Origin: Octopus bimaculoides
Taxonomy: Eukaryota
NCBI RefSeq assembly: GCF_001194135.2
Contig: NC_068987.1
Span: forward strand, 3,646,425 to 3,710,424
Length of the DNA stretch: 64,000 nucleotides
Direction of reading: 5' to 3'
A program made the position numbers and the translations under genes. Position 1 is the stretch's first letter, and each line of letters opens with the position of its first letter. The notes below the pieces were generated by a model, which worked only from the letters and a program-made list of their open reading frames with translations, was not told the origin of the DNA and made no database searches. This document shows positions 11,097 to 22,549 of the stretch, in pieces.

Positions 11097-14000
11097 GTTG
11101 ATTACTTCCAGTGAAAGCTTGAATTATTTTCAGCGGTAAAATCAAATACAAAATGCTCAATGAGAATGCTGGTGGGTTGCGCTTGATTTCGCTGATAGAT
11201 AATAAATCCAACCAAGTTATGAGCGACGTAGAACAAGGGTAAGATTTGTCATTGTTCGGATAGCCGCTGGATCAACATAATTACAGTTTGGTGCTCCAGC
11301 TCCCCTCCTTTCCGACTTTGTTTCCTCCTAACTATTTTAATGCATGTTTTTTTTAATGAGATTTTGCAGACATGACATGTAAATGATGATCATATTGATG
11401 AAAAGATTTTAACGTATTTATTTATTCAAGAAAGGAAAGAAGTCCATACTGTTTTTTAGCTATTTGATAATTTTGTCGTGACCATTGTACGTTAAGAAAT
11501 CTATGACATTATCCTCGTTCATATTATTAATGACCAAAATGAAATTGGTATCATTTATCTTTTACTTGTTTCAGTCATTGGACCGTGGCCATGCTGGGGT
11601 ATCGCCTTTAAGGGATTTAGTCGAACAGATCGATACCAGTAAGCTTTTAGTCGGATACTTATTTTGTCGGTTTATTTGTCGAACCGCTAGTTGCGCTAGA
11701 CATAAACACCAGTTGTCAATCGCTGGTGACACACACATATGTCCCTATCAACATGTGGGGACCGTCTAATTGAGACACCTTTCTTCTCTTCTCTCTATTC
11801 ATTCTTTCCGTAGAAGAGCGGGTCAAACTAAAGGGTTTGACCCGAGCAAAAATAAAAAAAGAGGATGTAATAGGTGTAAAACAACTTGCTGTAAACGAAT
11901 ATGAAAAAAGCGCGCTCGCGAACGGAGGGGTTGGGGAGGACTCGGAAAATTCACATGGTCAGACCATGAAAAAGAAAAAGCCGTCTAGTGTGAATTTTTC
12001 GAAATTCTTTACCCCACCCCCGGAAAAAAATTTTTCACCGCATATTTTGATATAATCAAAATTTACACCTTCTGAAGCATATTTGTAGAAAATTCCATTT
12101 AAAAATATTCATTTTTCAGGAAGTTATGAGGCAACAAAATCGGGATGAGGCACACATCTGTAGGAATGCCTTTTTTCAATCAAAAAGATATCATTCGTAA
12201 TCGCCATATACACCTTCGAAAACGTAACTCCGCACTTGGCAGGGGCGAGAATGGGGGATTAATACGTATTGTATCCTGTATGATGCACACCATCTGCGTA
12301 TAAAGACGCGTGGCTTTGTGATCGAGGCATTCGGTTCGTGATCGTAAGGTCATGGGTTCGATTCTCTGCAGCGCATTGTGTCCTTGGGCAAGACAATCTA
12401 TTTCACGTTACTTTGTTATATCCTGTGTCACGCTGAATCTCCCTGAAAACTACGTTAAGGGTATGCATGTCTGCGGAGTACTCAGCCAATTGCACGTTAA
12501 TTTTTCAAGAGGAGTCTGTTCTGTTGATTGGATCAACTGGGACACTTAACATCATTACTGGCGAAGTGCCAGTCATGTCCTGCTGGCGACAGGAAGAGCA
12601 TCCAGCTGTAGAAAAACTTCCTCAATAAATTCCCGCAACCCATGCCAGCATGAGAAAGTAGACGTTAAAACGGTGATGATGATGAATCTTGAGACAGAGT
12701 AAAGAAAGTATTAATGATTTTTACAGCAACAAGCTCAACTTTCTCATGGGATTTGCACACTTGAGCTGTTACCTGATCAAATCCAACAACAATAAAAGCA
12801 GTGATGATCCTTTCTAGTTTTCAATAACAATGTCCTTCAGCCCACCACCGTTCACGTTGAACTTTCTCAACAACAGCTGATAAACTTCTTCCCACATCCA
12901 CCTCCACCCCACTCCCATTAAGAGATGTGTATTTTTCAGAAATGAAAAATGGAATTGTACCATCTGCTATTCAGTGTCATTCACACCCTGTTTGCTTAAA
13001 GGGTGAGATTTTGCTCTACACTTCCTTAATTGATTGATGCTTCGTGTCACATACAAAACAACTCAAGAGTCTATTTTTAGACTTGTCATTTTACCAGAAC
13101 TACTACAAATCAGATCACAATATTTGTAGATATAAAGGCGACCGGCTGACAGAAACGTTAACACGACGGGCGAAATGCTTAGCGCTAGTTCGTCTGCCTT
13201 TACGTTCTGAGTTCAAATTCCGCCGAGGTCGACTTTGCCTTTCATCCTTTCTCGGTCGATAAATTAAGTACCAGATGGTTCCGGGTTCAGTCCTACTGCG
13301 TGGCACCTTGGGCAAGTGTCTTCTACTATAGCCTCGGGCCAATCAGAGCCTTGTGAATTGATTTGGTAGACGGAAACTGAAAAGAAGCCCATCGTATATG
13401 TGTGTGTGTCTGTGTTTGTTCCCCCATCATCGCTTGACAACCGATATTGGTGTGTTTACGTCCCCGTAACCTAGCGGTTCGGCAAAAGAGACCGATAGAA
13501 TAAGTACTTGGCTTACAAAGAATAAGTCCTGGGATCGATTTGTTCGACTAAAGGCGGTACTCCAGCATGGCCGCAGTCAAATGACTGAAACACGTAAAAG
13601 AATATATACATACAGACATCTCTCCCTCTCTCTCTATATATATATGTGTGTGTGCGTGTGCGTGAATGCATAACCAACTTTGGTATCAGTATATATTTTA
13701 ATTCAGGATCACTCATCCATCACTGTACCCATTTCACCTCACTACTTTCACTCGTAAATGTTTGTTATGAGCAATTAACTTCCCTGTCCTGAATAATAAC
13801 TATCAATAATTACCTCCCCTTGTTGATTCCTTCACAAGCTCTCATACAAGAACGTGGACTGAAAAACTTTAGAAAATATGAAATCACAGACATTTCAATG
13901 TCATTATTAGTGAAAGCGAAACCAGTCAACAACCACAATACTCTTTTATTTAAGATATATTAAATCTATGCAAACTGTGTGCATTTTCCTTCTTTTATTA

Positions 14001-14479
14001 TATTTATATATATATAATATATATTCATATACATACAAACATATAAATATATATATACTTAACAGCTAGTGTTAGTTTCTTTATCTCCCTGTAACTTCGT
14101 AGGTCAGCCAAAGGGACCAATAGAATTAGTACCAGGCTAACCAGACTTAAATTAAATATCAATGTCAGTTTGTTTGACACCCTTCAAGGCTTAGACCCAG
14201 CATGGCTGCAGTCCAATGACTGAATCCAGTAAAAGATAAAAGATATAAACATACATAACAGATATTGCGCAACTGCAGCATCAAAGTTGCCAACTTGTTC
14301 GTATTTTACGATTTATTCCTGTCTTTATACGATAATAACAGCAGTATGTTATTGTCATATAAATTAAGAATTTATTGAAGAAGTCAAACATGGACATCAG
14401 CACAGCACAAGGGCAGACAACTTTGCTCTCATGCTGCAAATTCAGATGCCACATTCTCAGAATATTGCATTAACTACAT

Positions 14480-14830
14480 TATTTATATTATTTACATTAT
14501 TTACATTTGATGGATATTTGTCCTCATCTTGTTTGTTGTTAACACAACGTTTCGGCTGATATACCCTCCAGCCTTCATCAGGGGTCTTGGGGAAATTTCA
14601 AACCTGGGTTCTCATTCCTAAGGTATTTTTCAATATTATTGTTATTATTCACGTCACTGCCTGGAATCGAACTCGGTATCTTGGAGTTAGTAGCCCGATC
14701 TCTTAACCATTACACCATATACCCATGAGTCCAAGTTCAATTCCAGGCAGTGACCAGAATAATAATCATAATCATGATAAAAATAATAATAATAATAATA
14801 ATAACAACAACAACATTGAAAAATACCTTG
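14480..14830 (-). mobile_element. tRNA-headed, hammerhead-bearing short retroelement plus an inverted partial copy
   Basis: A box TGGTGTAATGG and B box GAGTTCGATTCC at 14724->14653, then an (AAT)-rich linker, hammerhead and AT-rich tail; oppositely oriented partial copy at about 14725-14830; truncated tail copy at 20941-21000. Confidence 0.65.
14541..14586 (-). ncRNA. Minimal type-I hammerhead ribozyme motif (Penelope-type)
   Basis: Minus strand reads GACCC-CUGAUGA-A-GGCUG-(GAGGGUAUAU)-CAGCC-GAAAC-GUU-GUGUU. Core boxes are intact, stem II has 5 bp, stem III is the palindromic AACGUU, and stem I has one mismatch. Confidence 0.65.
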
Positions 14831-15439
14831 ACCACTAGGCCACACAACCTTGCTGAGTTTGTGTATTTATGTCCCACCATCACTTGATAACCAGTGTTGG
14901 TTTGTTTATGTCTCCATAGCTTAACTATGCAGTAAATAAGACCTATAGAATAAATACCTGAAATAAAATGATAATTTCTGGGGCCAATTTGTTTGATTAA
15001 AGTCCCTCAAGAGAAAGACAATAATATTGCATGGCTGCTATATTCAACGTTAACCACTTGTAGAACTGTTATAAAATATGCCCACCACCCACCATTGGAT
15101 TTACTTACTGAAACTTTGATTTTCTTCTGTGTTTTGCCTCCAGTGCCAAAAAACAGTGTCACCAAAACAGGTCAAATGTCCCACCAGCCATGCCAAATTG
15201 CCAGTGCCAAAACAGCTGCTCCTAATCGTCTCATTCTGCAGTAGCATGGAATGTGTTTGAGCTTTGAATAGATTTAGAGGAATTTGAAGGTTAAAATATT
15301 TCACTCTGACCAATAGCTTTGTGAGTTAATTGTATAAAAAAAATGGTGTTGACATGAAAATTCATCAGAAATTAATTAACTAATCATTTGTAAAAAATTG
15401 TGAAGATTTTGATATTGTGTTGTTGATGACAAGTTGGTC

Positions 15440-18400
15440 TGTCCCAATTTTTCATATCCATGGTCAACACACTAACTCTTCTCAAACACTCGACCTCTTT
15501 CTTGTCTTTAAAACCATCACAGTTTCTATTACATAGACTGATCAGCCTATCCCACTTCACATAAATCTATTGTACAACATCCACATCTTGAATCTTTTCT
15601 ACTGCAATTGTATGAAGAACACTGCTTTTCCAATTTCTAACTGGGCCATCCCATTTCCATCCCCATCACCACCACTCCTGAAATTCTTATTGGATGATCA
15701 TTATGAAGATAAAGAATGCTTTGGGGCACCACATAACCAACAACGTCATTTGCATTATATATTTCAAGTGGATTCTCTGGCTTTTCCCCAAGTGGATGTC
15801 AACCAATATTATCAAATCTTCGTATCTATCACATCTCCTCAACAATAGCTAAATCCTCCACATTTATGAGTCAATAACAAAACTGCTTTGCAGTTACTTG
15901 TGAGGTGCTAAACATAGCTGTGAAATTAATCCGTCATCATATCCTGTGGTCTTAGATAGGATGGTCACAGATGGAGTGGCTTTGATTATAGATTTACTCA
16001 ACCAGGGTATGTCCGAGGCTAATCTATAACAATCTACTACATCTGCTGTCTACTTAGTTGTAATTTCACTCTCTACACACATACATACACACGTCACATA
16101 CACACACACGTGCATACATATACGAAGGGGTGTATGGAAAGTTTCTGGCTTTCGGTAAAACAAAATACAGGGGGATCAGTTAATTATGATTTTATTCAAC
16201 ATATTCCCCTCTCAGGTTCACACATTTATCCCAGCAGTCCCTCAGTTTTTCTAAGCCCAGTAAAAAAACTCAAAAAGTTGGGCCTCCAACCAGGTCTTTT
16301 ATGATACCCTTAAAGCCAGGAGCTTTTCAGTACCCCCTCATATATACATACATGCCTACACAGGCAGACAGATATTCCCATACACACACACATTCATACA
16401 TGATTCCCCACATAGAAACTTCAGAAGCTTCTTCCAATCTTTGCTGCCCAACCTGCATCATCCCTACATCTATGCAGATGCCACTTGCGGAGTCAACTCT
16501 ATTCATGTCAAGCCAACAAAGAGATTGGTCCTAACGATGTCCATCTAACACTCCCAAAATCTCAAACTGTACCCCACAACTCCTAAGCCAGTTCCTATCC
16601 TCACCAAATTCTACAATCACTCACTTCCTTAATGGGTGTGTATATCCCCAACCCATCAGAAGACATATAAAGCAGTTTGTTCAACCCCCAAAGTAAGACA
16701 ACCTTTCTAATGCTATCACACTTTTAACAGTTAAAAGATTGTCATGAAACCTTGTCAGTGACCAGGTTCATAGATTCCAAAATGGGGTGCGAGCAGACCC
16801 CTTCAAATTTTGAGAAGTAAATAAAACACTTTGAAATTCTCCTGGAAATCTTCATCAGTGAAACGATTTGAGACATTACTTTTCCATTATTGGATTTATC
16901 TGAATTGATGTACAAATATAATTACTACTATAATAATAAATATTTAAGTGAAGTTAACAGTCTTTGTGTAATTATGGATGGCTAATTAGCATCTGCCATG
17001 CTGTGATTGCTTTTAGCTTTAAACACAAAGTCACAGATGAAATCACTTGCCTGGCAAGTAAATTTCTGAAAGCGATTAAAAAGAAACAGAAAAAGTTTGC
17101 CATTTATGTTACACTGTCTCTTCTGTAGATTCCATAGAGTCACATCTACCTAAGACTCGCTTGAAGAGGATAGAACTGGTTCAGAGATGTGGTATTTGAG
17201 AATTTGCGAAACTCAGCAGGACACGGTTCATACCAGTGATTTTGTTGGCCTGAAATGACTGGAAATGACTTCATAAGTGGCAGCTTTATAAACCTAGAGA
17301 CGAAGGAGGTGTGATAGAGATGAGGTGAAAGAAGTTTGTATAAGTATGCATGTGTGTGCTTGCATGCAGAACAGAAATACAAGTAAGCAGACGGTAGATG
17401 TAGTAGATTATTATAGTTTAGCCACAGACCAACTATGGTTGACTAGAACCATAATTAAAGCCATTCCACCGGTGACCATCCTATCTTTCCATACATCCAG
17501 GATTATACTGTTCTTTTTTTTTTCTTTTTTTACTTGGATGTGATTTGGGGAAATTACACTACAGTTCCATCAAATGGAATGACAAAATAAACAGAGTCAT
17601 CAGGAAGATTAAAAAAATGCTTTTGTGCACCACGTAACCCACAAATTCATTTGCTTTTTATATTTCAAGTGGATTTTCTGACCTCTTTTCAAGTGGGTAT
17701 CTACCAATATTGTAGAATCCTCTTATCTTTCACATTTCAAGAAGAAAGTTGGGAATGTCAGGAAGAGTCAGTCATGTTCTTTTATACATTCTGAGGTCAA
17801 TTCCAACTCAGGTCAATCTCACCAACAGTTCCGGGCCCCACCAAAAAGGCATCTTATTCTTGTTTTAGAAATCAGTAACACTCCCTGTTTTATATTTTCA
17901 AGCCAATGAGGGCAGTTCGATTCTGTTTTCTGCTTGAAGATTTGTGGATTTTACATACACACATGAAGCAGGTAAGAACAAATATGCAAGGCTTTTTTTC
18001 CTTCAAGTTTAAAATGAGACATTGCTGGCATAATTTCGTTATATCTATATTCCACAACCCACGGAAATAATCGAAGTGAAATGTTTTGATTTTGTTGAGT
18101 TATATCGAAGGAATGCCTTTATAATTAATTAAATATTATTAGAAATTGTATAAAAATTGTTGAAATATTTTTTTATATTGTAGAAATATAAGCATATAAA
18201 ATCGTATATGGACCCCAAAGCCATATGGATCCTGATTGAAAGCCCTTCATCTAAAGCTAAAAGGGGAAAACAACACACCAATGGCTTTTTTGCCTTCCAG
18301 AATGTCTGCAATAGTGAAAATGTTACCTTCAACATCATTAAAAAAATTTCTACAGATTCTGGTAAAAGAATCTTCAGGAAAAGTTGCTCTTTTTTTCAAT

Positions 18401-18650
18401 TCAATCAATCTTCTGTAATGGAAAATTTTTTTATCCATCTTTAGCCAAAGTTTGATCCTCAACATTTAGATTCATTCACAGGAGAAAATTAACATTTTCA
18501 TCAATTTGTGTTGGTTATATTTTAGTTTTTATTCTGTCAGAAAGAATAAAATAATTTTCTTTCGCATCTTCCAACATTTCTTGACCAATCAAAAAATATC
18601 AGCTTGACATATCTTGACCTTCCTCTCAGACTCCATTCTGCCAGTTGAAG
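15440..18650 (-). mobile_element. Highly decayed L1/Tx1-like LINE fragments interrupted by younger repeats
   Basis: Two diverged copies (15720-15840, 17622-17740) translate as ILVD(I/T)HL...IHLKY...WC.KAFF, which is endonuclease-like; 18240-18620 gives a KL..RWIKK-like post-RT motif. The family call is tentative. Confidence 0.35.
16123..16340. mobile_element. Tc1/mariner-type MITE, copy 2 (opposite orientation to copy 1)
   Basis: Same TIRs and TA flanks; the internal sequence aligns to the reverse complement of 6511-6727. Confidence 0.8.
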
Positions 18651-21600
18651 AAATATATGTAAAAAGACAATGAGAGGTCATTGAGCATGGCCTAGTTGTT
18701 GACATCAACAGAGACCATATTTTAACCCTTGGCTATTCAGCTAAGGAGCAGGCTCCTTGTGACTTATTCTAAACAACAGCAGCAGCTACTGTCAGTGATT
18801 CAGCCACCATCAAACTAATAAGTAGCTACTCTGAGACTACAGATTAGATGTTCCAAGCAAGGGGTTCTCAACCGTTTTCCTACCTATGGACCCCTTTCAT
18901 GCTGGTTCTACTCAGGTGGTCCCTCAGAGCCATTCAGTGTGTTAAAAATCTTGTTGTAGCTTTATAATTAAATATTATTAACAATTATATAAAAAAACTG
19001 TTCAAAATATTTTATGTATTGTAGAAATATAAGCAATCATAACTGTGTGGTATGAAGCTTGCCACATGGTTCTGGGTTCAGTCCCACTGCATGGCACCTT
19101 GGGCAAGTATCTTCTATAGCCTTGGGCTGACCAAAGCCTTGTGAGTGGAATTGGTAGACGGAAACAAATATATACCAGAGAAGGTGTTTAAAAGTGAAGG
19201 GGGCCATGTTCAGCTTCTGTGTATTCGATATCATAGCTGCTCAATGTCTGTCTGTTCGCTGTTGCGTGCATTATGCAAGAGCTAGTGAGGTCACGTCCTC
19301 ACACGTTGCTGTTGTGATGACAAAGAGAAAGGACTTAGTGCCAGGACCTCAAAGTTACATGTTGTACCACCTAGTGGTGAGTTATTTAGACAGCTACCGT
19401 CAGGGGAGGTAACTGCGCCTGCATAAGTATCAGGCTTGGAAATAGGTACTCTTGAAGGCAGTACCCAGCATGGTCGTAGTCTAATGTCTGAAGGAAGTGA
19501 AAGATAAAAGATAAAACAATGTACACCTGTTTATATTCGTTAGAATTATTAACCCTGACGTTGAACACAATGTGCATCCTTAATATCTCTTGACAGCCCG
19601 ACTTTGAAGAATGTGTAACACAATGAAATGCATTTGCTGTCTGAATTTGAAGAGGAATTACAGCTTTGTAAATCACATAACAACTTAAGAATCTCAACAT
19701 TAAAAAATATTATAAACATGCAAAGACCAAAATGGCAAACATCCGCAACAGATGAAAAAAAAAATAAAATGAGAACCAACACTTCACTTCATTTAATTAA
19801 CATTGGTGCTAAATTAAGTTTGCTCCAGCATCACAGACATATTTCTTTGGCAGCACACCATGTGATACTACTAAACATCACCTGAAGTCATTCTTACCAT
19901 GCTACGATTGCCAAAGAACTCAAAAACATTCTCGTTGTTGCTGTCGTCATCGGTAGCAGCATCAGCATCATTTAATATCTATTTTCTATGCTGGCATGGG
20001 TTGGACAATTTCACAGGATCAACTGAACCACAGGGCCACATCAAGCTCCAAGTGTCAGCTTTGTTGTAACAATTTTTAAGGGTGGATACCCTTTCTTCCT
20101 TCCTAATACCAACCACTTTACAGTGTATCCTGGGTACTTTTTTTATTTCATGCTACCAGCATTCATGAGGTCACCAAATAAGTTGCAAGACAAAAGTAAA
20201 ATAAAGAGGAAGGGGGTGGGCAAAAATAGCTGGGAAGAAGGTAAACATGGTAGTGATGGGCTTCCAGAGTAAATACTCAAGGTTGAAGAAATTGAGCATC
20301 AAAGAAGATACAGACAATGGATCAGTGAGAGAAGGAGTGGGTGAGTAGATTCATAAGAATGTGAGGGGAAGAGTAACAATTGGTTAGAAATGGGGGTAGA
20401 TGTGAATATAGTTAGTGACGAACAAGGATGGAGGTGTAGTTGATGGAAAACACCAATATGGAGAGAGTACCACCCTCAACAAGGAGCAGACATCTTGATG
20501 CTATATCTATCAAGCAGCAAAAGGCCAAAAACATCACCAATTCAGTTTTATGCAGACACTTGTGTTGAATAATTTATATCCATATTTTGTTAAATTTCTT
20601 TTCCTGTTTTTTTTCCTGTGAATTCCAATAAACAATGTGTTTTGACAATTTTGTTTTATATTTTCATTTCTGTTTCTTAAACATGCACAGGCGTGACAGT
20701 GTGGTTAAGAAGTTAGCTTACCAACCACATAGTTTCAGGTTCAATTCCACTGCATGGTACTTTGGAAAGTGCCTTCTTCAATAGCTCCAGGCTGAATAAA
20801 CCATATGAATAGATTTTATAGATGGAAACTGAAAGAAGCACATTGCATATATATGTATACACTATATTAAAGAAAGCTGCTTAATTTGAACTATGTAACT
20901 TTTACCAAAAAATAAGTAATCATTAAAGTCCATATCCACATTATTTACATGTGACGGATATTTGTCCTTATCTTGTTTGTCGTTAACACAAAGTTTCGGC
21001 CGAAAAACAAGTATTTTTTAATGAAATATTCTACAAATACCTTTCAGATAATGTAGATCAGAATTTAACATGAAAAACTGGTGGGTGAGGACTGGTATTT
21101 CATGAATCTCTACTTTATTTCCTCATACATTTTGGTTTAATTAGAATCATGTTGGGAAAAAATTACTCAGAGTGGCAACTCTTAGGATAAATACTTCAAG
21201 TCAGACATTGTTATAACTCTGTCAATCCACTGCCCCAGGGTATCAAGGTCTACATTACCTAACGTTCCCATTCCTTATTTAAGACATTTTGGTGTTATTT
21301 TAGGGAGATTCGACCACTATTTCTAGCAGGTTGAATGACCACACAGAGGCTCCTTTGCTGGAGACTATGTATATTAAACGAATCCTGTATATGGTTTAAA
21401 ATGTACTGTCCTTATTTAAGATGTTTGCTTGGGTGTTATCTAAGGAAGATTTAGCTACTATTTCTTGCAATTTAGTGACCGCATAGTGGCTCCCTTGTTG
21501 ACTTGTTTGTAGAGAGTGTGTGCATGCTTATGTGTAAATGAAACGGTATGCGAAGGAGATGCGAGAGCGAGAAGCATATATTTGTGTCATGGAAATGTGT

Positions 21601-21952
21601 GGCTATGAGATAACAGTAAACAAGTAATTAATGCAGAGGAGGAAATTACAACCTGAGGTGACGAGTGATTTGTCACAGCATTAGTCACTTCTCTTGGCTG
21701 TGAAGCAACCTAACAGGAAATCTGTGTTCTTGGTGACAAGCGATGAGAGAAACCCACATACAACTTTACCAAAAGATCTTCTTCCTCTCATTGCCATATG
21801 ACATACTTTTCTGTAGATTTTCTCTCTGGTCATTATAAAATGGTCCTTCATGAGACAGGTTAGTTTTATCCTACCCATACATCATATCCAAGTCACTTGA
21901 AGCTCAGCGCACTCATATATCGTCTGTTACCAGAGTCCCTCTCTATAGAGGG

Positions 21953-21985
<33 letters not shown>

Positions 21986-22229
21986 TTAATGTCTGTTGCC
22001 CATGCTGGCATAGGTTGGATTGTTTGACCAGAGCTGGTAAGCTAGGGAGCTGCACCAGACTCCAGTCTGATTTGGTATGCTTCCTATGGCCAGATGCCCT
22101 TCCTAATGTCAACCAATTTACTGAACATGCTGGGTGTCTTTTACATGGTTCCACATGGGCATTTTTAGTGGCACTAGACAGGTCCTTTTACATGGTATCA
22201 CATGTGTATGCAGAATACACTAGTGATAT

Positions 22230-22549
22230 TGCTTCATCAGAAATTGCCGTCCTACCTCCTGCGAAAAGGAATCACCCTGCTATGTATAATCAAGGCAGCG
22301 CAAAAAGTTGTTTTGCACAAGCATTTGTATAGCCAATTAGATGGATGAAATTTACGTACACTTAATAATGTTACACAAAACAGCCTTCAGACTTTCCCTA
22401 TTAATTTCGTCTTTTGAATTATGAACATATTTACAACATAAGGGTTTTTTCATTGTAAGGCTTTCTTTTTTAGTTGATTTTCCCCTAGCAAGACTTATCG
22501 TAGATGGCGTAATAAGTCACACCCGGGCAACGTCGGGTTATACTGCTAG
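22230..22549 (+). mobile_element. Helitron-like 3' terminus
   Basis: Subterminal hairpin ACCCGGGCAACGTCGGGT (22521-22538) followed by CTAG|T (22546-22550); 5' end not identified. Confidence 0.55.

Noticed and set aside
14653-14724. tRNA gene
   Set aside because: A and B boxes are present, but the acceptor stem is not recoverable, there is no T-run terminator, and it continues into a repeat body; it is a SINE-like head. The same applies to the other tRNA-like SINE heads.
17126-17971. Plus-strand exons (17126 onward; 17902-17971 with CAG|GTAAGA)
   Set aside because: Stops arise in the phase needed to join 11238, no protein is recognisable, and they lie among decayed LINE fragments; a lncRNA cannot be excluded without RNA data.
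21818-21865. 42-nt plus-strand microexon candidate
   Set aside because: The splice signals are plausible, but there are no compatible neighbouring exons or recognisable peptide.
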